Assembly: GCA_964291235.2 (NCBI GenBank)
Contig: OZ219816.1
Coordinates: 1,600,001 to 1,664,000 of the forward strand
DNA from: Vicinamibacteria bacterium
GTDB taxonomy: Bacteria; Acidobacteriota; Vicinamibacteria; Marinacidobacterales; Marinacidobacteraceae
Direction: 5' to 3'
Length of the DNA stretch: 64,000 nt
Below, in pieces: positions 55,463 through 64,000 of the stretch. A program made the position numbers and the translations under genes. The number at the start of each line of letters is the position of its first letter. The stretch's first letter is position 1. A model generated the notes under the pieces. The model was not told the DNA's origin. It was given only the letters and a program-made list of their open reading frames with translations, and ran no database searches.

Positions 55463-56860
55463 TCAGACCGTCATCTTCTTCCAGCCGCCCCGTCGGAAGA
55501 CCAGTGTGCTGACCACCGCCGACAGGGAATAGGCAAGCGCCACCGCCCAGAACACGCCGTCCACCCCGAGGGCGGTGCGGGACAGCATCCATGCAACCGG
55601 GATCTCGAAGATCCAGAAACAGAGGACATCGATCCAGGTCGGCGTGCGGGTATCCCCCGCCCCGTTGAAAGCCTGTCGGGTAACCATCCCCAACGCGTAG
55701 AAGACGTAGCCGTAGCTCACCGTCCGGAGCGCGGTCGCGGCGATCTGCAGGACCTCCGGATCGTCTGTGAAGATCCGGGCGATCTCGGGCGCGAAGACCA
55801 CGAAGATGCCCGTCACGAGGCCCATGAACGCCATGTTCCAGCCGCTCGTGATCCACACCGCGCGCTCGGCGCGATCCGGCTTGCCGGCCCCGAGGTTTTG
55901 GCCCACCAGCGTCGAGGCGGCGTTCGAGAGCCCCCAGCAGGGAAGGATGACGAAGAGCGCGACCCGGATGGCGATGACCCAGCCGGCGACCGCAACGGTG
56001 CCGAAACTCGCGATGATGCGGATCAGCAGGATCCAGGGCAGCATGTCGGCCAGCATCTGCGCGATCCCGCCCACCGACACCCGGCAGAGGTTCTTGAGCA
56101 CTCCCCACTGGGTCCGGATGTCTTCGCGGCGAATCCGGAGCCGCGCTCCGCGGGTGAGGATCCAGAACTGGTAGAGGACGCCCGTTCCGCGGCCGATCGT
56201 GGTGGCGACGGCTGCCCCGGGGAGCCCGAGTTCCGGGAACGGCCCCAGCCCGAAGATCAGACAGGGATCGAGGACGATGTTGATCCCGTTGGAGAGCCAG
56301 AGCGCCCGCATCGCGGCCTGGGCGTCGCCCGCCCCGCGCAGGATCGCGTTGTTCAAAAACAGCAGGATGATGGTGGCCATCCCCGCAAACATGATCCGGG
56401 CGTGGGGGGTGCCGACGGCGATCGTCCCCGCATCCGCCCCCATGAGGTCCAACACCCGGGGAGCAAAGATCAGCCCCACGACCCCGAGCGCCAGCGAGAC
56501 CACGAGCCCGAGCCCGATCGCCTGCACCCCGGCGCCCGCCGCTCCCCGCCGGTCCCCCTCCCCGTAGCGGCGCGACACCACCGCCGTTACCGCGAACGAA
56601 AACCCGATTGCGACGGAGTACACCAGGCCGAGCGCGGTCTCGGTGATCCCCGCCGACGCGAGCGCCGCCGGCCCCAGCCGAGCGATGAAGAAAGCGTCCA
56701 CCACTGCGAAGATCGACTCCCCGACCATCTCGAGCGCCATCGGCACCGCCAGCACGAACACAACCGGGGTGAGCGGCCCGGAGGTCAGGTCGCGGTCGGA
56801 ACCCCGGAGCGCTTCGACGAGCAGCGCGAACAGGCGCCGCGTCCTTGAGCCCAGGGGCAT
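55463..56860 (-). CDS. MATE family efflux transporter
   Basis: LAVPMALE, RGAGD, NIVLDP..IFG, GAAVAT, VGQNLGA, FNGAGDT. Confidence 0.93.
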   Translation of the reverse strand: MPLGSRTRRLFALLVEALRGSDRDLTSGPLTPVVFVLAVPMALEMVGESIFAVVDAFFIARLGPAALASAGITETALGLVYSVAIGFSFAVTAVVSRRYGEGDRRGAAGAGVQAIGLGLVVSLALGVVGLIFAPRVLDLMGADAGTIAVGTPHARIMFAGMATIILLFLNNAILRGAGDAQAAMRALWLSNGINIVLDPCLIFGLGPFPELGLPGAAVATTIGRGTGVLYQFWILTRGARLRIRREDIRTQWGVLKNLCRVSVGGIAQMLADMLPWILLIRIIASFGTVAVAGWVIAIRVALFVILPCWGLSNAASTLVGQNLGAGKPDRAERAVWITSGWNMAFMGLVTGIFVVFAPEIARIFTDDPEVLQIAATALRTVSYGYVFYALGMVTRQAFNGAGDTRTPTWIDVLCFWIFEIPVAWMLSRTALGVDGVFWAVALAYSLSAVVSTLVFRRGGWKKMTV

Positions 56861-56943
56861 GAACGTCGTGGCGTCGCGCGGTCAGCGGCCGCCGTCCGTA
56901 CAGCCGGTCCTGGCGCAGGCGGGGTGCATGTGGCGGGCGCCGA

Positions 56944-57777
56944 TCAGTCCGGCGGGATCAGCGCCACGATGCGTACCGGGGCGCCGGTGCCGGCCTCGAT
57001 CTTCATCGGGAGGGCGATGAGCAGGAAGCCGGACGGCGGAAGTTCGGACAGATCGCCGACGTTTTCCAGGTTGGGAATTCCGGCGGCGCCGCCGACCTGA
57101 TGCACGATGAAGTCGGTGGACGGTCCGTAGTCCACGCTCGCCGTATCGATCCCTACGAGGCCCACCTCGCGGTCGGCCAGGAGACGCATGGCGTCCTCTG
57201 CCAGCCCCGGAAAGTGGAGGTTGTCGGCGCTACCGGCTTCGTCGTCGCCCAAGTACGAGAGCGCATCCGGCCAGCGGCTCGCCCAGCCGGTGCGGAAGAG
57301 CACGGCCGTCCCGGGAGGGATCTCGCCGTGTTCCGCCTCCCAGTTCCGGACGTCGTCGGCGCTCGCCCGGTAGTCGGGATCGGCTTCCGCCTGCCCGCTC
57401 ACATCCACGACCACACCCGGGGCGATGAGGCGACTCAGCGGAATCTGCCCCACCAGATCGGCGCCTTCGTAGAAGTGGTAGGGAGCATCCAGATGCGTCC
57501 CCCCGTGTTCGGCGGTGGCGAACTCCTTCATCGCGTAGAAAAAACCCGCCGGCGTCATGCCCTCGGCCAGAGTGTCGAGTTGAAATCCCCTGGTGTCGGT
57601 CGGCCAGTAGAGGGTGTTCTCGCCATACCCGTGACTGAGATCCACCATCTTCCATCCCGCGACGGCCTCGGGACTGAGTTCGGGACCCGGCGGCGGCGCT
57701 GCCTCCGGCGGAGCCCCGCAGGAAGCGGCGCCCAGCGCGGCGACCACGCTGGCGACGACGAAGAATCGGGCTACCAT
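56944..57777 (-). CDS. Cyclase-family metal hydrolase (kynurenine formamidase-like), probable lipoprotein
   Basis: Lipobox-like AASC, EHGGTHLDAPYH, RTGW, HFPG, GIDTASVD, LENV, GAPVRIVA. Confidence 0.9.
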   Translation of the reverse strand: MVARFFVVASVVAALGAASCGAPPEAAPPPGPELSPEAVAGWKMVDLSHGYGENTLYWPTDTRGFQLDTLAEGMTPAGFFYAMKEFATAEHGGTHLDAPYHFYEGADLVGQIPLSRLIAPGVVVDVSGQAEADPDYRASADDVRNWEAEHGEIPPGTAVLFRTGWASRWPDALSYLGDDEAGSADNLHFPGLAEDAMRLLADREVGLVGIDTASVDYGPSTDFIVHQVGGAAGIPNLENVGDLSELPPSGFLLIALPMKIEAGTGAPVRIVALIPPD

Positions 57778-57815
57778 CAAGAAAACCTGCCTGTGCAGGA
57801 ATGTTACCGAGCGAG

Positions 57816-58226
57816 ATGTCCCGAATCCTGGCGGCGTCCCTCCCCGTGGTGGCCGCGGGTGCTCTCCTCGCGCCGGGAAGCGGGGACGCGCTGCTGGCGG
57901 CCTCGGTGGTGAGCGCGGCCATCATCGCAGCGTGGAGCGTCGGCTCCGCCGACTCGCCAGGATCCCGGCGGGCGAACCCGGGGAAGCGCGCCGGCCAGAT
58001 CGCCAGCGCCGGATTCGCCCTTTCGCTCGCCGCGGGTGCGCTGGTCGCCGCGGGGGTCGCGGACGCGCCCGGCCTCTTCGGTCTGCCGCGGTCACTCTGG
58101 GGACTGCTGCTGGGCGTCTGGCTCGTGCCGCTGGTCGTAACCAGCTTCGGTTTCGCCGTCGCTTTCCGGCCCCCCGACCCGGCAGCGCTGGAACGGCTCC
58201 GCGCGGGATCGCCACCAGGCCATTGA
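57816..58226 (+). CDS. Small hydrophobic membrane protein, possible SSS accessory subunit
   Basis: Several TM segments, FGLPRS.W...GVWLVPL; TTGA overlap with the symporter start. Confidence 0.6.
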   Translation: MSRILAASLPVVAAGALLAPGSGDALLAASVVSAAIIAAWSVGSADSPGSRRANPGKRAGQIASAGFALSLAAGALVAAGVADAPGLFGLPRSLWGLLLGVWLVPLVVTSFGFAVAFRPPDPAALERLRAGSPPGH

Positions 58227-59668
58227 TCCCGGCGCTCCTGCTCCTGCTGACCCTGCTCATAGGGTTGGCATCACTGCGAAAGACCCGGGATTCGTCGGAC
58301 TTTTTCGTGGCCGGACGCCGGTTGGGGAGCTTCCGCGCCGGGGTTGCGGTGGCGGCTTCCGCGTTCAGCGGCTTCGTGTTCCTGGGAGGGCCCGGACTCA
58401 CCGCGCAAATCGGTTTCGGTTCGCTGTTCATAGTGGTCCCCGCCGGGTTTACCGCCGCTCTGCTGTGCCGCACCACCGGCCGCCGACTCGCGCTGATCGC
58501 CGAAGCGAGCGGAGCCCAGACGCTGCCGGAGTCCATCGCCTTCCGCTTCGGGGCCAAAGCGCCGGCGGCGCTGGCCGCGGTCGCGATTCTGATCGGCAGC
58601 GTCATCTATCTCGGTGTCCAGCTCTCGGCGCTCGCCCGCGCCGCCCGCTTCGCCTTCCCCGAGGTCGGGCTCGGGGTCTGCCTCGTTCTCGGGCTGGGCG
58701 TCGTCCTCGCCTACTCGCTTGCGGGAGGAATGGTGGCCTCGGTCAACACGGACGTGCTGCAGGGGGGCGTGATGGTGGCGGCGGCCGTGGCGGCGTTCTG
58801 GTGGGTCATGACCCAGGTCGGGGGGCCCGCGGGCGCCGCCGCAAGCCTGAGCGCCAGCGGTCCCGGGACCGCCGGATTTCTCGAACCGCTGGGCGTACTG
58901 GAGCCGGCGACGGGGTTCGGTTTCCTGCTGCTCTTTTCGATCGGAACCCTCGGGCAACCCCATATGCTCCACAAGTTCCTGATGCTGAAGAGCCCGGAGG
59001 CGCTCCGCTACCTGCCGGCGGTGATCGGCGGCGCCCAGAGCCTCAGCATCCTCGTCTGGATCGGCCTCGGAACCGGCGCCATCGTCCTCGCTGGCGGCGT
59101 CCCGGGAACGGCCCCGGCCCACCCGGACGATGCCGCCCTCACGGTCCTCGGTCTGCCGCAGACGCCGGACCTCCTCGCCGGGGTGGTCGCCGCGGCGGTG
59201 CTCGCCGCCATCATGTCCACGAGCGACGCGTTCTTGAACCTCGGAGCGGCGGCGCTTTGCCGAGACCTCCCGCGCGCTTTCGGGCGGCGCCCGCTTTCCG
59301 GCCTGGCCGCCGCCCGCCTCGCGGGTCTCCTCGTGGGACTCGCGGCGCTCGGGGTCGCCGCCTGGCACCTCGCCGGAGGCGGCCTGATCGCGCTGCTCGG
59401 GACCCTCGGGTTCGGCGCGTTCGCCGCCGGGCTTGCCCCCACGCTACTGCTCGGCCTTTCCTGGTCTCGCGTCACGGGGCTGGCCGCGATCCTGGCCATG
59501 GCCGCCGGGCTCGGATCCTTGCTGGCTCTCGAGATGCTCGCGCCGGAACTCGCCGTTCCGCCGGCGGTGCTGGCGATGGCCGCCGGCTTCGCTGTCCTGG
59601 TAGGGGTCAGTCTCCTCTCCCGCCCGGAGCCCGCGCCCGAGTCCGTGCGGCTCGCGATGACGCTGTGA
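58223..59668 (+). CDS. Sodium:solute symporter (PutP/PanF family)
   Basis: DFFVAGRRLG, SAFSGFVFLGGPG, GGMVASVNTDVLQG, GQPH, AAIMST. Confidence 0.9.
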   Translation: MIPALLLLLTLLIGLASLRKTRDSSDFFVAGRRLGSFRAGVAVAASAFSGFVFLGGPGLTAQIGFGSLFIVVPAGFTAALLCRTTGRRLALIAEASGAQTLPESIAFRFGAKAPAALAAVAILIGSVIYLGVQLSALARAARFAFPEVGLGVCLVLGLGVVLAYSLAGGMVASVNTDVLQGGVMVAAAVAAFWWVMTQVGGPAGAAASLSASGPGTAGFLEPLGVLEPATGFGFLLLFSIGTLGQPHMLHKFLMLKSPEALRYLPAVIGGAQSLSILVWIGLGTGAIVLAGGVPGTAPAHPDDAALTVLGLPQTPDLLAGVVAAAVLAAIMSTSDAFLNLGAAALCRDLPRAFGRRPLSGLAAARLAGLLVGLAALGVAAWHLAGGGLIALLGTLGFGAFAAGLAPTLLLGLSWSRVTGLAAILAMAAGLGSLLALEMLAPELAVPPAVLAMAAGFAVLVGVSLLSRPEPAPESVRLAMTL

Positions 59669-60726
59669 CCGACCGACCGGCCTCGGGCTTGCGCATCGCG
59701 CTGATTACCGGCGGTTCGACCCCGGAACGGGACGTTGCGCTCGCGGGAGCCGGAGAAGTCCTGCGCGCCCTGCGCGTCGCGGGACACGAGGTGACGGCGG
59801 TGGACACCGTCCACGGGGAACTGGGGCCCGAGCAGGAAGGGCAGTTCCTCGCGCTCCGGGTCGGCCGCCGGCCCCCATCGGATCAGGATCTGACCGCGGC
59901 GCGCCAGCGCGAGGACGTGCCGGCTTTGCTCCGGCTGAAGGCGGTCGGCAACGCCGACCTGGCCTTCCTGGTTCTCCACGGACTCGACGGCGAAGGCGGG
60001 CTGCTCCAGGCAGTCCTCGAACTCGGCGGATTGCCCTACACCGGAAGCGGGGTGCTGGCGAGCGCGCTCGCCATGGAGAAGGCGGCCGCGAAGCGCGTCC
60101 TGCAGGGAGCGGGAATCCCCACCCCGCGGTTCGAGATGTTCGAGCTCCAGGCGCCGGACGACCGGCGGAGCGAGATCATCTCCCTCGGTTTTCCGGTAGT
60201 GGTCAAGCCGTCGCGGGTGGGATCCTCGGTCGGGCTGCGGACCGCCAGCGACTTCGAGGACACCCGTGCGGCTATCGCGGAAGCGCGTCGGCACGATCAT
60301 TGCGTTCTGGTCGAGGAAATGCTCCCAGGTCGCGAATTCACCGTGGGCGTCGTCGGGGAACCGGACGGGGTCGGCCTCGAACCGCTCGGCGTCGGGGAGA
60401 TCGTCACCGGCTCGGGAATGTTCGACTACCACGCGAAATACACGCCGGGAATCGCCGAGGAGATTTTCCCGGCGGACATTCCGGAGCCGCTCGCGCAAAG
60501 ACTGCGGGAGTTGACAGTCGAGACCCACCGGGCGCTCGGCCTGCGCGACTTCTCGCGGGTGGATTTCCGCCTCGACGAGCACGGCGAACCCCTGGTTCTG
60601 GAAGCGAACACCCTGCCGGGCATGACCACCAGGAGCCTGCTGCCCCAGTCCGCAGCCGTCATGGGAATCAGCTTTCCGGCGCTCTGCGACCGGATCGCCC
60701 GTCTGGCCGCACGGCGGAGAAGCTGA
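59665..60726 (+). CDS. ddl: D-alanine--D-alanine ligase
   Basis: GGSTPERDV, LHGLDGEGG, PYTGSG..ASALAM, VKP..GSSVG, FDYHAKY, RVDF, EANTLPGMT. Confidence 0.93.
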   Translation: MTDRPASGLRIALITGGSTPERDVALAGAGEVLRALRVAGHEVTAVDTVHGELGPEQEGQFLALRVGRRPPSDQDLTAARQREDVPALLRLKAVGNADLAFLVLHGLDGEGGLLQAVLELGGLPYTGSGVLASALAMEKAAAKRVLQGAGIPTPRFEMFELQAPDDRRSEIISLGFPVVVKPSRVGSSVGLRTASDFEDTRAAIAEARRHDHCVLVEEMLPGREFTVGVVGEPDGVGLEPLGVGEIVTGSGMFDYHAKYTPGIAEEIFPADIPEPLAQRLRELTVETHRALGLRDFSRVDFRLDEHGEPLVLEANTLPGMTTRSLLPQSAAVMGISFPALCDRIARLAARRRS

Positions 60727-60729
60727 ACG

Positions 60730-61395
60730 ATGACCTTCAAGAGGCCGCTGCGGATTTGGGCGCTGATGAGCGCCTTCGGATGGGTGGCCGTCTCCTGCTC
60801 ACAGGCGGTATTGGTGCGGCCGGCGCCCTCCTACGAGGCATTCGCGTTCGAGGCGCCCCTGCCCGCCGCCGCCGCGGTCTTCGTGGATGCCGACCAGCTC
60901 TACCGGCAGGTCCGCATGGCGCCCGACCTGGACGACGGGGACTCTTTGTGCGACGAAGTCAGCTATCCGGTGGACGCCCGCGAAGCGCTGGCGGTGTCGG
61001 TCATCGGCACCCTGGAGCGGCTGGTGCAGGATGTGGCGCGGACCACGGTCCCGCTTGACCGGCAGGCGATGGAGGCGCGCGGTTTGGACGCCGTGATCGT
61101 CGTTCGCGCGGATACCTTCAATGTGGGTCTCACGAGCGGCGCGTTCCTGAGTTTCGAGGCCGGCGCCGACCTCACTCTGTCGGTATCGGCTTTCACGGGC
61201 GACGGCCTGGTGGTGCGGGAAGTGGTCTTCGGCAACGCCGTCCAGAACGAGAGCGGAATCTCCTGCAGCAACGGCGCCGAGGCACTCGGGGCGGCCGTCG
61301 AAATCGCGATCGAGAACACGATGACCGAGCTTGGCGAGTTGATCGCCAACTCCCCCGAGTTGCGCCTCTCCCTCGGCGATCCCGGCAGCCGGTAG
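60730..61395 (+). CDS. Hypothetical lipoprotein (paralog 1)
   Basis: Lipobox-like AVSC; strong similarity to 61544-62191. Confidence 0.75.
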   Translation: MTFKRPLRIWALMSAFGWVAVSCSQAVLVRPAPSYEAFAFEAPLPAAAAVFVDADQLYRQVRMAPDLDDGDSLCDEVSYPVDAREALAVSVIGTLERLVQDVARTTVPLDRQAMEARGLDAVIVVRADTFNVGLTSGAFLSFEAGADLTLSVSAFTGDGLVVREVVFGNAVQNESGISCSNGAEALGAAVEIAIENTMTELGELIANSPELRLSLGDPGSR

Positions 61396-61543
61396 GCGAC
61401 TCGCGCCGCACCGACGCGGTGCGTCTGCCCGAGGCGCCGGCCGGCGCTCGGGCGGCCTCTTCAACCGGCCGGTGTTTGGGAGACAATCCGGGTCCGAGAA
61501 TCGGACCTGCCGAAACCCCTACCCGGCGATCCGCAGTCAGACC

Positions 61544-62191
61544 ATGTTTCCCAAATTCCGGCGAGTTGCGCTCGCAGCAGGTTCGCTGGCGCTCAGCGCC
61601 TCCTGCTCCCACTCGATCGTGGTGCGACCCGCACCTTCGTACGACGTCCTGGCCTTCGACGCACCTCTGCCGGCCGCGGCCGCCGTCTATGTGAACGCCG
61701 CCGGGCTCCGGAGGGTCATCCGGATCGCTCCCGACGAAGCCGGCGGCTACGGCTGGTGCGGCGACTCGCAATACCCCGTGGACGGGGAGGAAGCGCTCGG
61801 GGAATCCGTCATCACCACCCTCGCGCAGGTCATGCGCGAGGTGCGCCCCACGGCGACTCCGATCGACCGGGAGGCCATGGAGGCCGGTGGTTTCGACTCC
61901 GTGATCGTGGTTCGGGTGGACGAATTCGATGGGGCAGTCACCGGCGATCCCGTGGCTGACTTCGAAGCGACAGCCCAACTGACGCTCTCGGTGTCCGCGT
62001 TTACGCGCGACGGGTTGATCCTGCGGGAGATCGTTTACGGGAGCGGGGTGCGGAACGCGAGCGGGATCACCTGCAACGGCGGAGCGGAAGCGCTCGGACT
62101 CGCTGTCGAAGCGGCCATCGAGAGCGTGATGACCGAACTCGGAGAAATCATCGCGAATTCTCCCGAGCTGCGGGACTCGCTGGGCGCTTGA
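61544..62191 (+). CDS. Hypothetical lipoprotein (paralog 2)
   Basis: Lipobox-like SASC; shares VRPAPSY, APLPAAAAV, YPVD, MTELGE.IANSPELR with the upstream gene. Confidence 0.75.
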   Translation: MFPKFRRVALAAGSLALSASCSHSIVVRPAPSYDVLAFDAPLPAAAAVYVNAAGLRRVIRIAPDEAGGYGWCGDSQYPVDGEEALGESVITTLAQVMREVRPTATPIDREAMEAGGFDSVIVVRVDEFDGAVTGDPVADFEATAQLTLSVSAFTRDGLILREIVYGSGVRNASGITCNGGAEALGLAVEAAIESVMTELGEIIANSPELRDSLGA

Positions 62192-62213
62192 GAAGCGGGT
62201 ATACGCACGGAAC

Positions 62214-63941
62214 ATGAGTTCAACTCCGGCGGGCAAGCGAACCCTCCCGGCGGCGCTGCTCGGGCTCGTCGCGGCCTGCGCGGGGTCACCCGAAGGGGGG
62301 CCGGCGGATCTGCCGGCGGATCTTGTGGTCCGCGGAGGCGCGATCTACACCGCGAGCGCCGAGAGGCCGGTGGTCGAGGCGTTTGCGGTGCGCGACGGCC
62401 GGTTCGTCTTCGTGGGGGAGGCCCGGGAAGCGGAGCGCTGGCTCGGGGCGACCACGGAGGTGATCGCACTGGAGGGACGTGCGGCAATTCCGGGCCTGAT
62501 CGACGGCCACCTGCACCTGGAATCGGGCCTCTCGCTGATTCGCGGGGTGGATCTCACCGGAATTGCGGACCGCGGCGAATGGACCCGCCGCATCGCCGCC
62601 CGGGCGGCGGAACTCGGACCCGGGGCGTGGATCGTGGGGGGACGCTGGGACCACACCCTTTCCGGAGGAGAGTTTCCGACGACGGAGGACCTCGACCCGG
62701 TGAGTCCGGAGAACCCGGTAGCGCTCTCCGACATCGACGGACACACCACCTGGGTCAACAGCCTCGCGCTGGAGATTGCGGGCCTCGACGCGGCGACTCC
62801 CGATCCGCCCGGCGGACGGATCCTCCGCTATGCCTCGGGAGAGCCCACCGGGATCCTGCTGGAGACGGCGGGGGCCCTGGTGCGGAGCCACGTTCCCCCG
62901 CTCAGCGCCGACGAGGAGCGGGACGCCATGCGGGCGACGTTTGCGACCGCCGCCAGGCTTGGACTCACCGGAGTCCACACCATGGGCGGACTGGACCGGA
63001 TTCCGGAATACGTGGAATTCGCCGCTGCCGGCGAGCTGCCGCTCAGGGTCTGGTACGGCGCGCTGGGAGCCGCGGACCGCGTTCGGGACCTCGCCCGGGC
63101 GCGCGACGAGGCGGCAAACGCCCTGGCCCCGATCACCACCGAGCGGGGCCCGACCTTCGCGGTGGGCTACGCGAAGCTGATGGCGGACGGGGTGCTCTCC
63201 GCCCGCACCGCCGCTCTCCTCGCCCCCTATGCCGATGCTCCCGAAGACTCCGGCTTCATGGTGACCGAGTCCGAGGATCTCGCTGCCCAGGTTGCGGATA
63301 TCCACGCGGCGGGTTTTCCGGTGGCAATCCACGCGATCGGGGACCGCGCGGTCCGGCTCTCACTCGACGCGTTCGAGTCGGCTGCGCGACGGGCGACCCG
63401 CCCGGCACTCGCGGACCGCATCGAACACATCGAGGTGCTGGATCCCCGGGACGCTCCCCGGTTCGAGGAACTCGGGGTCCTCGCCTCCTTCAACCCGCAC
63501 CACTGCATCACCGGGATCGGCGTTTACAACACCGACCGCCTCGGCGAGGATCGGGCCGCCTGGTCTTTCGCCTGGGGAGCAGCGCGGGACGCGGGAGCCA
63601 CCCTCGTCTTCGGCAGCGACTGGGCCACCGCCCCCCTCGATCCCCTGCGTCAACTGTACGCGGCGACCGTGCGCGAAAAACCCGGCGGCGGCCCGCCGGG
63701 CGGCTGGCATCCGCACCAGCGAGTCTCCTGGCGCGAGGCGATTGCGGCGTACACGCTGACGCCGGCCGCCGCTTCCGGGTGGGACGATGAAATCGGCTCG
63801 ATCCAGGTCGGCAAGTGGGCTGATTTCGTGATCCTGAGCGGTCCCGTCCCGGATCCGCCGGACCACTCGATTCTCGATCTTCGGGTCCAGTCCACCTGGC
63901 TCGGAGGTTCCCGCACCTACCAGGCGGAAGCGGGCCGCTGA
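62214..63941 (+). CDS. Amidohydrolase-3 (YtcJ-like) family, probable lipoprotein
   Basis: Lipobox-like VAAC, PGLIDGHLH, DGHTTWVNS.AL, K..ADG, HAIGD, RIEH, FGSDW, GSIQVGK.ADF. Confidence 0.92.
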   Translation: MSSTPAGKRTLPAALLGLVAACAGSPEGGPADLPADLVVRGGAIYTASAERPVVEAFAVRDGRFVFVGEAREAERWLGATTEVIALEGRAAIPGLIDGHLHLESGLSLIRGVDLTGIADRGEWTRRIAARAAELGPGAWIVGGRWDHTLSGGEFPTTEDLDPVSPENPVALSDIDGHTTWVNSLALEIAGLDAATPDPPGGRILRYASGEPTGILLETAGALVRSHVPPLSADEERDAMRATFATAARLGLTGVHTMGGLDRIPEYVEFAAAGELPLRVWYGALGAADRVRDLARARDEAANALAPITTERGPTFAVGYAKLMADGVLSARTAALLAPYADAPEDSGFMVTESEDLAAQVADIHAAGFPVAIHAIGDRAVRLSLDAFESAARRATRPALADRIEHIEVLDPRDAPRFEELGVLASFNPHHCITGIGVYNTDRLGEDRAAWSFAWGAARDAGATLVFGSDWATAPLDPLRQLYAATVREKPGGGPPGGWHPHQRVSWREAIAAYTLTPAAASGWDDEIGSIQVGKWADFVILSGPVPDPPDHSILDLRVQSTWLGGSRTYQAEAGR

Positions 63942-64000
63942 GGAGTCCCGCCCCCGCCGCACGATCGGGCGGCGGACGGGAGCCTTTCACCCGATAGGCT

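Noticed and set aside
1-64000. CRISPR arrays, rRNA/tRNA genes, integrases or prophage genes
   Set aside because: None recognised by eye; a covariance-model search could still reveal small RNAs.

Overview
High-GC (roughly 70% by eye), gene-dense bacterial chromosomal window. Gene content (ASPIC/UnbV protein with multiheme TPR cytochromes, PQQ-type propeller, many secreted peptidases/hydrolases, Calx-beta autotransporter, PhyH) suggests an Acidobacteriota- or Gemmatimonadota-like heterotroph, possibly a marine or sponge symbiont; this is inference only. About 46 CDS are supported, including cysD/cysNC, kynU, lhr, a galactokinase-family kinase, an RND pair, a PptH-like phosphoesterase/PPTase pair, a sulfite dehydrogenase with cytochrome c, rlpA, MCM, UDG, rnhB, penicillin acylase, ptrB, MATE, an SSS transporter and ddl. 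No rRNA, tRNA, CRISPR array or intact transposase was found. Most notable: (1) a PCYCGC-family gene whose in-frame TGA (23975-23977) forms a UxxC motif and is followed 11 nt later by a SECIS-like hairpin, i.e. a probable selenoprotein missed by the ORF track; (2) two oppositely oriented copies of a short MITE-like element bracketing that gene; (3) a co-oriented flavoprotein/DedA/pentaheme-TPR/UnbV/octaheme-TPR cluster of unknown function with a +1 frameshift in a T6 tract; (4) separate antitoxin and MazF-like toxin relics, an archaeal-type RNase HII and a GALK2-like kinase.
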